64,000 nt of DNA from Rhizophagus irregularis (Eukaryota). A model generated the notes under the pieces. That model did not search any database. It saw nothing but the letters and a program-made list of their open reading frames with translations, and was not told where the DNA came from. Below are positions 24,916 through 39,001 of the stretch, piece by piece. Position 1 is the first letter of the stretch; every line of letters starts with the position of its first letter. The position numbers and the translations under genes were made by a program. Location: positions 4,588,001-4,652,000 of the forward strand of contig NC_089431.1 of assembly GCF_026210795.1 (NCBI RefSeq), read 5' to 3'.

Positions 24916-26626
24916 ATGTCATATAATAATAGATATACTACTAAATGGAACAATTGGATTGAGGAAGCCATTTTTAATGAACATATTAACTGTTATGAAT
25001 ATAAAGACTTTTATAACTTTAAAGGAGTTGGCTCCGGAGGCTTCGGAACGGTTTATCGTGCAAACTGGAAAGATTCTCATAACATTTATGCGTTAAAATC
25101 TCTCAAAGACTCCGAAGCAAAAAAATTTGTTGATGAGGTGATTACAATATACGTCTTTATAATAAATACATATTATTAAAAATAATTTTTTTTTTTTATT
25201 ACTTAGCTTAAAATTCAGCGTAAAGTAAATGTTCATGACAATATTATAAGATTTTATGGCATTACAAGAGGTATAGAAATTTTAGTATTATTTATTTTTT
25301 ATGAAAATCTAACTTAACCAATTATTTTCTTTTAATAAGTCGATCAAAATTACTATATGTTGGTAATGGAATATGCCGATGGTGGTACTTTTCGAGAGTA
25401 TTTAAGAAAAAATTCTAGAAATCTCACTTGGAATAATAAATTCAAAATGGCATGTCAATTAGCTAGCGCCGTATCATGTTTACATAATTTGGGAATTATT
25501 CATCGTGATTTGGTAATTCTTTTATAATATATATTTCCTTGAAATTATGATGTAATTATTTTATTTATTTTATTTCTATTAAATAATTAATAGCACTCCA
25601 ACAACGTATTGGTCCATGGAAATAACGTCAAATTGGCTGATTTTGGGTTGTCAAAAAAGACTGATGAATCAGTTATATCAAAACTATATGGTATAATTCC
25701 TTATATTGATCCAAAAAAATTCGCCAGTGATTCATACTCTCGAAATAAAAAGAGCGATATTTACAGTATTGGTGTGCTCCTATGGGAAATATCAAGTTGT
25801 CGGCCACCTTTCGAAGGCCAGTATAACCAATATGGATTGGTGAATCAGATTTTGCAAGGTCTTAGAGAAACACCTATCCCAAATACTCCTGAGGACTACA
25901 AAAGAATTTATACTGGTAAATATAATTTAAAGCTCGGTTATGATTTAAAAATAATTAATAATAATGATTATATGTTAATTTATAGATTGTTGGAAATATG
26001 AACCAGATGATCGTCCAGATATCCGAGAGGTAGTTAATAGATTAGTAGAAGTAATCAATAATAATTCATCACATTCATCACGTAATAATTCATCACTTTC
26101 ATCACGTAATAATTTATCACAAACTTTCAAGCAAAAAGGATCTAAATCTAAGAAAGATATAGTCGATGGAATAGCTGCTCTTCCTTATAAAATATATGAT
26201 AAAAGTAAAAAACAGAAAATTCTTGATTACCTTGAAGATCATCATGTGACTTCAATAGAAATTTTTGACTGGTTATTAAATAATCAAAATTATACCAATT
26301 CTCTTCTTGTGTTGGGAGATTTTCATTATTTAGGAATTGCAACTGAGGTTGACACGAAAATGGCTTATAATTTCTATGAGAGAGCAGTTGGTGGAGATGA
26401 CGGACTTAACGTAGTTCAATACAATCTTGGAGTTATATGTGAAAATGAATTACGCGACAAAGTTAAAGCAGCATATTGGTATAGAAAATCTGCTGAACAG
26501 GGAAATCATGAAGCTAGGGAAAGTTTTAATAGAATACGAAATGATCCTCATTCAAGTAATGTTGTTCCTAGTATTACTGTAGAAAGGGCAGAGCTACTCA
26601 GTAGATTATTTGGGTTCTATAAGTGA
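24916..26626 (+). CDS. TKL-type protein kinase + Sel1-like repeats, K1, ~473 aa
   Basis: Exons 24916-25137, 25207-25270, 25340-25512, 25594-25915, 25986-26626. Motifs GSGGFG, ALK, HRDLHSNN, DFG, SDIYSIG, CW..P..RP; Sel1-like LGDFHYLGI, QYNLG, YWYRKSAEQG. Confidence 0.9.
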
Positions 26627-26845
26627 AAAGGTAAAACAGGAGATACATTTCAAGCATGGAGTAAGACTTTTCATCCAAAAATAAGTATAACGTGAGGGTT
26701 TTAATAATTTGGATGGGTTTAATTTTATTCTTAATTTTTTATTCTTTTATTCAATTTAATTACTTTTAAAAAAATCAAAAATAAATTTCCGAGTTTTAAT
26801 TATACTAGTCATGCAGTTTAGTTGCTATGCAATATGCTGTTAAAT

Positions 26846-27005
26846 CCCAGTAAATAGTTTTTATACCAAACGGGCTCATTGGCTGATTTGGCTCAACATT
26901 AGCTCAAATTTATGCAAAAAATAATCCAAATTTAAGCCAATCTAGAGCCAATTATATATGGATAAGCCCATTTGGTACAAATTTATACAAAATCTATTTA
27001 CTGGG
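26846..27005. mobile_element. MITE (CCC...GGG, 3-bp TSD AAT), 160 bp
   Basis: TIRs cccagtaaatag / ctatttactggg; inner inverted taccaaacgggct / agcccatttggta; AAT on both sides. Confidence 0.85.
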
Positions 27006-27396
27006 AATGAAAGTGGAGGTATCAATAAATAAATTAAAATTAAAATTTATATGCATATGTATTGTTGCAAAAGTTAAAAGGATTTAATAAATTTATTTTT
27101 ACGTAATATTACTGACAGGCATGCATAAGGAATTTAATCAAACGATCATTGATCGTTTCGATAATTAAAGATGGTCAACAGTCTTGAAAGACCGCGGTCC
27201 TACCAGTCCTACACCGTAAAAATTCTATCTTTGTGTAGGAACGGGTCTTTTCGGTCTTTGGTAATTCGGGCCAGCATTACAGAATCTTCCAAAATTATGA
27301 ACAGAGTCATGTGATTTAGCATAAATCGCAAAATTTTTGTGTTACACGAACTGAACCTGGCCGGCACTATAAGTTTGGCCGTAATTACGACAATTA

Positions 27397-27618
27397 CGTA
27401 ACCTGAAAAAAATGTCACGAAAAATCACGTGACATTTTTGTCACAACCGTCACACCCCACTGCGTTTCCATTTTCTATAAGTATCTGAGGGACTTAGTTT
27501 TTTTCGAGTAGGTAAAAACTTATTCGTCACACCTTATTCGTCACAAGTGCGCCACACTTAATTTCAGTCAAGTTGCGTAATAATGCCGGCCATTTCGTGA
27601 CATTTTTTTCAGGTTACG
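27397..27618. repeat. perfect 26-bp inverted repeat pair in a GC-richer island (probable TE remnant)
   Basis: cgtaacctgaaaaaaatgtcacgaaa at 27397-27422 and its exact reverse complement at 27593-27618; no TSD found. Confidence 0.8.
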
Positions 27619-28290
27619 CTAGGGAAGTCGACAATAACCTACTGCGCCACAGGACGTTCGGCTTGATCAGAAATTGATTAGTTTGATTACTTATCATCGA
27701 CCATGAATTTCGAGTCAATTAAATACCCTGAGATACATGTATGAAACAAATATGTACGTTATCGGATTTTTTTATCAATAATAAATTATTGTGATGACAA
27801 TTGAAAATTAGTAGTCTGGGTGAAATATATCATCCAGATGATTTACTTAATGAAAATCTGGATAAAAAAAAAAATTATTTTAAAATTAACGTTGTAAATA
27901 AATAAAATGTTTAGTTATCAATTAAAATTTAAAAGTACTATATATCATTAATCATGCATTATTTTTTTAGACGATTTAGGGTTTAAAACTTTCCTGCATT
28001 ATTTAAAAATAATATAAAAAGAAAAAATAAAAAATAAAAAATGTATTGTATCAATCTGAGTATTCTATATTAATAGAATAAAAAAAGATGAGCCAAAACA
28101 AAAAAAAAATGAATAAAGATAAATTTTATTATGTAAGTCAAAAGGTTTGATAAAGTTGACTAATTATAAATACTTTTTATTGTATAAACACAGTTTTTTT
28201 GATATGCTATTATTACTTACATATTTACAATATTTATATCTCATAATAAAATTTAATGGTTCGTCAGATAATGAGCTACTGTATCATCAA

Positions 28291-28534
28291 CCCTATAAAA
28301 AATGTTTGTTTGATAAATATTCGGAATGGGGTCGATTTTCCGAACACTCGCACGTTATTATACGTACATATTTGTTACAATTTAATACAAGATGCAGAGA
28401 TTGAGAATTTTCGACCACATAAAAAACGTACAATATCATGATAATTGTCCAATAAATGTCAAGTAAATGTTCGGAACGGGGTCAATTTTCCGAACAAAAA
28501 ACCGAACAGTGTTTGGACAACTTTTTTTATAGGG
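28291..28534. mobile_element. MITE (CCC...GGG, 3-bp TSD CAA), 244 bp
   Basis: ccctataaaaaa ... tttttttataggg flanked by CAA/CAA; internal direct repeat ttcggaa(t/c)ggggtc(g/a)attttccgaaca. Confidence 0.85.
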
Positions 28535-29279
28535 CAATAAATACTACGGTAATAATTTTCTTTTTAACTATTGTTCCTAGAAACCGCGTTAAAAATAACG
28601 CTAATTGATGCAAGTCGCTATATTACTGTAAAACTAACGAGTTCTGCTGCAAATTCTGCTGATGATGTAATCTATATTTAAATTTTTTTTTTTATAGATT
28701 GCAAACTCTATGAAAATGATCAACAATTTCTTGTGTAGCAAATGTATCAAAACATACCATCAATACCATTTTTGATTTTTATCAAAGATTGGGTTTTTAA
28801 TTATCGACCAAATTAGGGCTTTATGGTTAGATCGTCAAAATCAGGCGCTCTCAAATAAACGTCATTCAACAAAACCAATTCACACTTGACCTTTTTGTTT
28901 TGTAAAAAGAACTATATATATAACTAAATTAACACAAATAAGGTTAGGCAATAACTCAGCACACTTTTTCGGAGTTACAAAAATCGTCTTGAAAGGGAAA
29001 AAAAAAAGAAACCATAACTCCGGATAAATGGAATAGATTCTTTTATTTATTACGTATTCGGTATAACACTAAATTTTACAATGAAATTAAGCAAATCCCA
29101 TAAAAAAGTTTTTTTGACCTTCACCCTTTTACAAGAACGCTTGCAGTATATACTTGATTTTTTTGTTTGTAACCTCAATGATCGACTGTTACATCGGCCC
29201 TCTTTTATTAAAAATATATAAATAACGATATTACGAAATTATTTTTTAATTATTTTTTTTTCGTCTGCTGAACAAAAAA

Positions 29280-31015
29280 ATGTCATATAATAATAGATAT
29301 ACTACTAAATGGAACAATTGGATTGAGGAAGCAATTTTTAATGAACATATTAACTGTTATGAATATAAAGACTTTTATAACTTTGAAGGAATTGGCTCCG
29401 GAGGCTTCGGAAAGGTTTATCGTGCAAACTGGAAAGATTCTCATAATATTTATGCGTTAAAATCTCTCAAAGACTCCGAAGCAAAAAAATTTGTTGAAGA
29501 GGTGATTACAATATACGTCTTTATAATAAATACATATTATTAAAAATATTTTTTTTTTATTATTTAGCTTAAAATTCAGCGTAAAGTAAATGTTCATGAC
29601 AATATTATAAGATTTTATGGCATTACAAGAGGTATAGAAATTTTAGTATTATTTATTTTTTATGAAAATCTAACTTAACCCATTATTTTCTTTTAATAAG
29701 TCGATCAAAATTACTATATGTTGGTAATGGAATATGCCGATGGTGGTACTTTTCGAGAGTATTTAAGAAAAAATTCTAGAAATCTCACTTGGAATAATAA
29801 ATTCAAAATGGCATGTCAATTAGCTAGCGCTGTATCATGTTTACATAATTTGGGAATTATTCATCGTGATTTGGTAATTCTTTTATAATATATATTTCCT
29901 TGAAATTATGATGTAATTATTTTATTTATTTTATTTCTATTAAATAATTAATAGCACTCCAACAACGTATTGGTCCATGGAAATAACGTCAAATTGGCTG
30001 ATTTTGGATTATCAAAAAAGACTGATGAATCAATTACATCACAACGATATGGTGTAATTCCTTATATTGATCCGAAAAAAATCGCCAGTGATTCATACTC
30101 TCGAAATGAAAAGAGCGATATTTATAGTGTAGGTGTACTTCTATGGGAGATATCAAGTGGTCGGCCACCTTTCGAGGGTAAAAGCGAATACTTTTTACTT
30201 ACGAATATTCCGAAAGGTCTTAGAGAAACACCTATCCAAGATACTCCTGAAGAATATGAAAAGATTTATACCGGTAAATATAAAGAGTTTGGTTATGTTT
30301 TCAATAATACCAACATTCCGTGTATTGCTAATTAATACATAATTTTATAGATTGTTGGGAATTTGAACCAGATGATCGTCCAACTATCTACGACGTAGTT
30401 GATAGATTAGAAGCAATTAATAGCAAAGCCACAAAATCTTGGAATTCATCACCTTCATCACGTAATAATTCATCGCCTTCATCACGTAATTATTCATCAC
30501 TTTCATCACGTGATAATTTATCACAAAGTTTCAAGCAAAAAGAATCGAAAGATATAGTTGATGGAATAGCTGCTCTTCCTTCTAAAATATATGATAAAAG
30601 AAAAAAACAGAAAATTCTTGATTACCTTGAAGATCATCATGTGACTTCAAAAGAAATTTTAGATTGGCTAGAAAATAATCAAAATTATCCCAATTCTCTT
30701 CTTGTGTTGGGAGATTTTCATTATTTAGGAATTGCAACTAAGGTTGACAAGAAAATGGCTTATAATTTCTATGAGAAAGCAGGAGATGGATATGATGGAC
30801 TTAGCGTAGCTCAATACAATCTTGGTGTTATATGTGAAAATGACAAATTAGGCGACACATTTAAAGCAATGTATTGGTATCAAAAATCTGCTGAACAGGG
30901 AAATCATGAAGCTAGAGAAAGTTTTTATAGATTACGAAGTGCTCCAAGTAAGACTCTTTCTGTAGATAGTATTGATTTATTTGGTGATATGAGTATTTTT
31001 TTTCCGCCTCATTAA
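29280..31015 (+). CDS. TKL-type kinase + Sel1-like repeats, K2, ~480 aa
   Basis: Exons 29280-29501, 29568-29631, 29701-29873, 29955-30273, 30351-31015; all catalytic motifs present. Confidence 0.9.
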
Positions 31016-31776
31016 ATGTTGAAAGAGATTTGATAGATATTATAATACTACTTAAGATTTGTACTAAAAATATAAAAATACATTATTTAGCGCGTCTCGT
31101 TATAATAAATCTGGTTTTGTTACATCTTTCTATGATCACTAGATGATGATTAGACAATGTGCCAAATAGTGTATATTTGATTTTTTTTTTTTATTAATTA
31201 ATATTCTATGAAAATGATCATCATAATATCATGTGTAACAAATGTAACAAAAAAAATTTGTTTAACGATTAGTCTAATTATCTAATTGGTTAGATCGATC
31301 ATCGAAAATCACAATTTTTTGGCGCTATCAGATAAACATATATGTAACAAAAATAACATACTTGAACCTTTTGCTTTACATAACTTAATTAACACAAATA
31401 AGGTTAAGAAATACAGTACATACTTTTTCGGAGTTACAAAATCGTATCTTGAAAGGTTAAAAGGGAATTTTTCAATGAAAAAAAAGATTGAAAGAAACCT
31501 TAACTCTGAAATAAATAGAACAGATTCTTTAATTATAAATTTGTATTCGATAATTAATCTTAATTTCAACTTATATGGTTAGATTAAAATAATCAAAAAA
31601 AATGTAGTAAACATGCTTTTCAGAATACATTTGAACGCCCTATTTCATCACATGTAAAGTAAATAGCTTCCTATATTAGGTAACATTATGAATGTCCAAT
31701 TGTCGATGTTTTATGAGCCCCTCCTTTTAAAAAAATTAAATGCACGCATATTTTTTTTCGTCTACACAACAGAAAA

Positions 31777-33681
31777 ATGTCTTATAACAGTAAACCTGAG
31801 TGGGTAAATTGGATTGAAGAAGCTATATTAAAAAAACATATTAAACATTATGAATATGAAAATTTTTCCAACCTTGAAAAAATTGGTACTGGGGGCTTCG
31901 GAGAGGCTTATCGTGCAAAATGGAAAAGGTCTAAAATTTTGGCATTAAAATCTCTCAACAATGCTACAGCAGTCGAAAAAATTGTTCATGAGGTGACTAC
32001 ATTATTATTTTTTAGTATATTTCTATGATAAATACGTATTATTAAGAAATCTTTTATTATTTAGCTTCAAATCCAGCGCGACGTGGATTTTCATGAGAAC
32101 ATTATTAGATTTTTGGGCATTACAATAGGTATTATTATAATTCCAATATTATTCATTTTAAAAAAAAACCCATAATATGACTTATTAAAAAGATAATAAC
32201 TGTGTAATTTAAAATTTTTATAAGAAAATCCAAATAACAGTTCAAAGAAATATATGTTGGTAATGGAATATGCCGATGGTGGTACTCTTCGAGAATATCT
32301 AAAAAAAAGATTTGAAAAACCCAAACTCAGTTGGAATAGTAAATTAAAATTGGCACGTCAATTATCTAGCGCCGTATCATGCTTACATAATGAGGGCACT
32401 ATTCATCGTGATTTGGTAATTTATTTATATTATAATATCTTTTCGCAATTTTAACGGGTGGTTTGCCAATCCGATAGTTTTTTGGAAATTGGTGAATTAA
32501 TTTGGCCAATAGTAATTACTTTTATATAAATATTTTTTATTTATTATTATATAATAGCACTCAAATAACGTATTGATCCATAAAAATAACATCAAATTGG
32601 CCGATTTTGGGTTATCAAAAAAGGTTGAAAAGTCAAATAAATCACAAGGTTGTCACGGTGTAATTGAATATGTTGATCCAAAAAAATTCGCCGGTAATAC
32701 ATTATACTCTTTAAATGAAAAGAGCGATGTTTATAGTGTAGGTGTACTTCTATGGGAGATATCAAGTGGTCGGCCACCTTTCGAGGGTAAAAGCGAATAC
32801 TTTTTACTTACGAATATTCCGAAAGGTCTTAGAGAAACACCTATCCAAGATACTCCTGAAGAATATGAAAAGATTTATACCGGTAAATATAAAGAGTTTG
32901 GTTATGTTTTCAATAATAATACCAACATTCTGGGTATTGCTAATTTATACATAATTTTATAGATTGTTGGGAATTTGAACCAGATGATCGTCCAACTATC
33001 TATGACGTAGTTGATAGATTAGAAGCAATTAGTAGTAAAACCACAAAATCTTGGAATTCATCGCCTTCATCACGTAATAATTCATTGCCTTCATCACGTA
33101 ATAATTCATCGCCTTCATCACGTAATAATTCATCACCCTCACCACGTAATAATTCATCACTTTCATCGCGTAATAATTCATCACAAGGTTTCAAAGAAAA
33201 AGGATCTAAATCTAAGAAAGATATAGTTGATGGAATAGCTGCTCTTCCTTCTAAAATATATGATAAAAGTAAAAGACAGAAAATTCTTGATTACCTTGAA
33301 GATCATCATGTGACCTCAAAAGAAATTTTAGATTGGCTAAAAAATAATCAAAATTATCCCAATTCTCTTCTTGTGTTGGGAGATTTTCATTATTTAGGAA
33401 TTGCAACTAAGGTTGACAAAAAAATGGCTTGTGAATTCTATGAGAAAGCAGGAGATGGATATGATGGACTTAGCGTAGCTCAATACAATCTTGGTGTTAT
33501 ATGTGAAAATGACAAATTAGGCGACACATTTAAAGCAATGTATTGGTATAAAAAATCTGGTGAACAGGGAAATCATGAAGCTAGGGAAAGTTTTTATAGA
33601 TTACGAAGTGCTCCAAGTAAGACACTTTCTGTAGATAGTATTGATAAATTTGATGATATGAGTATTTTTTTTCCACATTAA
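31777..33681 (+). CDS. TKL-type kinase + Sel1-like repeats, K3, ~504 aa
   Basis: Exons 31777-31992, 32065-32128, 32225-32415, 32558-32882, 32963-33681. Confidence 0.9.
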
Positions 33682-34541
33682 ATATTGGAAGAGATTGACA
33701 GATATTATAATACTACTTAAGATTTGTACTAAAATATAAAAATACATTAATTGACGCGTCTCGTTATAATAAATCTGGTTTTTGTTACATCTTTCTACGA
33801 TCACTAGATGATGATTAGACAATGTGCATTGCCAAATAGTGCATATTTAATTTTCTTTTTTATATAATATCATGTAACGAAAAAAAATCTTTTTGTTAAA
33901 GATCAGTCTAATTATCGACCTAATTGGGACTTTATGGTTAGATCGATCATCAAAAATCACAATTTTTGGCGCTCTCAAATAAACGTGTAACAAAAATAAT
34001 TATTTTTCACAATAACCTTTTACTTTACTATATATATAACTTAATTAACACAAATAAGGTTAAGCAATACAGCACGGAGTTATTTGAAAAGTTGTAAGGG
34101 GAATTTTTCAATAAAAAAAAGAGTAAATAGAACAGATTCTTTATTATTATGTTTTAATTATAAATCCGTATTCGATAATTCATCTTAATTTGAACTTATA
34201 TGGTTAGATTAATTATTATAAAATAACCAAAAAAATGTTATAGTAACTAAAACATGATGCTTTTCAGAATACATTTTGAACGCCCCTATTTCATTCAAGT
34301 TCTGCAAATACTTCGCACGAGTATTAGAAATAAGACCAACATAATCGAAATGTTCAATAACAACTATGAAAAAAGCGAAAGTAATTTTATCCTATATTCC
34401 GTAGATTGCGTACAATATTTAAGTGATCTTGCAGTATTTACTTGAATTTTTTGTTTGTAACCCAATGATCGACTGTTACATCGGATAATATATAAATAAC
34501 GATATTACAAAAATTATTTTTTTTCGTCTGCTGAACAGAAA

Positions 34542-36296
34542 ATGTCATATAATTGGAACAATTGGATTGAGGAAGCTATTTTAAATGAACACATTAACTG
34601 TTATGAATATAAAGACTTTTATAACTTAGAAGGAATTGGCACCGGAGGCTTCGGAAAGGTTTATCGTGCAAACTGGAAAAATTCTCATAATATTTATGCG
34701 TTAAAATCTCTCAAAGACTCCGAAGCAAAAAAATTTGTTGATGAGGTGATTACAATATACATCTTTATAACAAAATACAATTTATTAAAAAAATTTTTTT
34801 TTTATTATTTAGCTTAAAATTCAGCGTAAAGTAAATGTTCATGACAATATTATAAGATTTTATGGCATTACAAGAGGTATAGCAATTCTAGTATTATTTG
34901 TTTTTTATGAAAATCTAACTTAACCAATTATTTTCATTTAATAAGTCGATCAAAATTATAGTTCAAAAATATATATGTTGGTAATCGAATATGCCGATGG
35001 TGGTACTCTTCGAGAGTATCTAAGAAAAAATTCTGGAAATCTCACTTGGAATGATAAATTCAAAATGGCATATCAATTAGCTAGCGCTGTATCATGTTTA
35101 CATAATTTGGGAGTTATTCATCGTGATTTGGTAATTCTTTTATAATACTTATTTCCTTGAAATTATGATATAATTATTTTATTTATTTTATTTCTTTAAA
35201 TAATTAATAGCACTCCAACAACGTATTGGTCCATGGAAATAACGTCAAATTGGCTGATTTTGGATTATCAAAAAAGACTGATGAATCAATTACATCACAA
35301 CGATATGGTGTAATTCCTTATATTGATCCGAAAAAAATCGCCAGTGATTCATACTCTCGAAATGAAAAGAGCGATATTTATAGTGTAGGTGTACTTCTAT
35401 GGGAGATATCAAGTGGTCGGCCACCTTTCGAGGGTATAATCGATTACTTTTTACTTACGAATATTCCGAAAGGTTTAAGAGAAACACCTATCCAAGATAC
35501 TCCTAAAGACTATGAAAAGATTTATACCGGTAAATATAAAGAGTTTGGTTATGTTTTCAATAATACCAACATTCTGTATATATATTGCTAATTTATACAT
35601 AATTTTATAGATTGTTGGGAATTCGAACCAGATGATCGTCCAACTATCTATAACGTAGTTGATAGATTAGAAGCAATTAGTAGTAAAACCACAAAATCTT
35701 GGAATTCATCACCTTCATCACGTAATAATTCATCGCCTTCATCACGTAATAATTCATCGCCTTCATCACGTAATTATTCATCACTTTCATCACGTGATAA
35801 TTTATCACAAAGTTTCAAGCAAAAAGAATCGAAAGATATAGTTGATGGAATAGCTGCTCTTCCTTCTAAAATATATGATAAAAGAAAAAAACAGAAAATT
35901 CTTGATTACCTTGAAGATCATCATGTGACTTCAAAAGAAATTTTAGATTGGCTAGAAAATAATCAAAATTATCCCAATTCTCTTCTTGTGTTGGGAGATT
36001 TTCATTATTTAGGAATTGCAACTGAGGTTGACAAGAAAATGGCTTGTAATTTCTATGAGAAAGCAGGAGATGGAGATGATGGACTTAGCGTAGCTCAATA
36101 CAATCTTGGAGTTATTTATGAAACTGACAAATTAGACGACACAATTGCAGCACTGTATTGGTATAATAAATCAGCTGAACAGGGAAATCATGAAGCTTGG
36201 GAAAGTTTTAATAGATTACGATGTTCTTCAGGTACTAAGACTGTTAGTCCAAGTAGTATGCAAAAATATGGTTCTATGGGTATTTTTAATCGATAA
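34542..36296 (+). CDS. TKL-type kinase + Sel1-like repeats, K4, ~485 aa
   Basis: Exons 34542-34745, 34813-34876, 34946-35130, 35211-35529, 35611-36296. Hinge reads LVIEY rather than LVMEY. Confidence 0.9.
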
Positions 36297-37270
36297 TTTT
36301 TTTGTTTTTTATTGCTTTTTAAAAATTATATATATATATATATATATAATTTCATTGATACCTCATTAAATATTGGAAGAGATTTGATAAATATTATAAT
36401 ACCACTTAAGATTGGTACTAAAAATATAGATACATTATTTGGCGCGTCTCGTTATAATAAATCTGGTTTTGTTACATCTTTCTAAGATCACCGATAATGA
36501 TTAAACAATGTGCATTATGTTCGACTGTCCAAATAGTGTATATTTGATTTTTTTTTTTATTATCGCAGTTTTCAGAATCTGTGTACGTTGTGTACTTATT
36601 ATGATTACAGGATCTGTCTAATAATATTTTATCAGATGATCTATAATGGGGTAGCACAATTTTGATTAAAAAAATTTATTCCATGAAAATGATCATCAAA
36701 TCATGTGTAACAAATGTAACTTTTTTTTTTGTTAAAGATCAGTCTAATTGTCGACCTAAATGGGACTTTATGGTTAGATTGATCATCAAAAATCACAGTT
36801 TTTTGGCGCTCTCAGCAACAATAATAATTATTTTTTTCACACTTGAACCTTGCTTTATTGTGTATATAACTTAATTAACACAAATAAGGTTAAGCAATAC
36901 AGCACATAATTTTTCTCAATGAAAAAAAGAGTGAAAGAAACCTTAACTAGAACAGGTTCTTTTATTATTATGTTTAATTTGTATTCGATAATTCATCTTA
37001 ATTTGGTTAGATTAATTACTAAAATAACCAAAAAAATGTTATCTGTTATAATTAAAACATGTTTTTCAGAATACATTTGAACGCCCCTATTTCATTCAAG
37101 TTCTGAAAATACTTCGCAATGAAAAAAGTGATAGTAATTTTATCCTAGATTGTGTAGATTGCGTACAATATTTAATTTTTTTGTAACCCCAATGATCGAC
37201 GGATAATATATAAATAACTATATTACAAAATTATTTTTTTAATTATTTTTTTTGTCTGCTGAACAGAAAA

Positions 37271-39001
37271 ATGTCATATAATTGGAACAATTGGATTGAG
37301 GAAGCTATTTTAAACGAACATATTAACTGTTATGAATATAAAGACTTTTATAACTTAGAAGGAATTGGCACCGGAGGCTTCGGAAAGGTTTATCGTGCAA
37401 ACTGGAAAGATTCTCATAATATTTATGCGTTAAAATCTCTCAAAAACTCCGAAGCAAAAAAATTTGTTGATGAGGTGATTACAATATACGTCTTTATAAT
37501 AAATACATTTTATTAAAAAATATTTTTTTTATTATTATTTAGCTTAAAATTCAGCGTAAAGTAAATGTTCATGACAATATTATAAGATTTTATGGCATTA
37601 CAAGAGGTATAGTAATTCTAGTATTATTTATTTTTTATGAAAATCTAACTTAACCAATTATTTTCATTTAATAAGTCGATCAAAATTATAGTTCAAAAAT
37701 ATATATGTTGGTAATGGAATATGCCGATGGTGGTACTCTTCGAGAGTATCTAAGAAAAAATTCTGGAAATCTCACTTGGAATGATAAATTCAAAATGGCA
37801 TATCAATTAGCTAGCGCTGTATCAATTTTACATAATTTGGGAGTTATTCATCGTGATTTGGTAATTCTTTTATATATATATTTCCTTGAAATTATGATGT
37901 AATTATTTTATTTATTTTATTTCTTTAAATAATTAATAGCACTCCAACAACGTATTGGTCCATGGAAATAACGTCAAATTGGCTGATTTTGGATTATCAA
38001 AAAAGACTGATGAATCAGTTACATCACGACGATATGGTGTAATTCCTTATATTGATCCAAAAAAAATCGCAAGTGATTCATACTCTCGAAATGAAAAAAG
38101 CGATATTTATAGTGTAGGTGTACTTCTATGGGAGATATCGAGTGGTCGGCCACCTTTCGAGGGTAAAAGCGAATACTTTTTACTTACGAATATTCCGGAA
38201 GGTCTTAGAGAAACACCTATCCAAGATACTCCTGAAGACTATGAAAAGATTTATACCGGTAAATATAAAGAGTTTGGTTATGTTTTCAATAATACCAACA
38301 TTCTGTATATATATTGCTAATTTATACATAATTTTATAGATTGTTGGGAATTCGAACCAGATGATCGTCCAACTATCTATAACGTAGTTGATAGATTAGA
38401 AGCAATTAGTAGTAAAACCACAAAATCTTGGAATTCATCACCTTTATCACGTAATAATTCATCGCCTTCGTCACGTAATTATTCATCACTTTCATCACGT
38501 GATAATTTATCACAAAGTTTCAAGCAAAAAGAATCGAAAGATATAGTTGATGGAATAGCTGCTCTTCCTTCTAAAATATATGATAAAAGAAAAAAACAGA
38601 AAATTCTTGATTACCTTGAAGATAATCATGTGACTTCAAAAGAAATTTTAGATTGGCTAGAAAATAATCAAAATTATCCCAATTCTCTTCTTGTGTTGGG
38701 AGATTTTCATTATTTAGGAATTGCAACTGAGGTTGACAAAAGAATGGCTTGTGAATTCTATGAGAAAGCAGGAGATGGAGATGATGGACTTAGCGTAGCT
38801 CAATACAATCTTGGAGTTATTTATGAAACTGACAAATTAGACGACACAATTGCAGCACTGTATTGGTATAATAAATCAGCTGAACAGGGAAATCATGAAG
38901 CTAGGGAAAGTTTTTATAGATTACGAGGTACTTCAGGTACTAAGACTGTTAGTTCGAGTAGTATACAAAAATATGGTTCTATGGGTATTTTTAATCGATA
39001 A
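37271..39001 (+). CDS. TKL-type kinase + Sel1-like repeats, K5, ~477 aa
   Basis: Exons 37271-37474, 37543-37606, 37676-37860, 37940-38258, 38340-39001; recent duplicate of K4. Confidence 0.9.
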
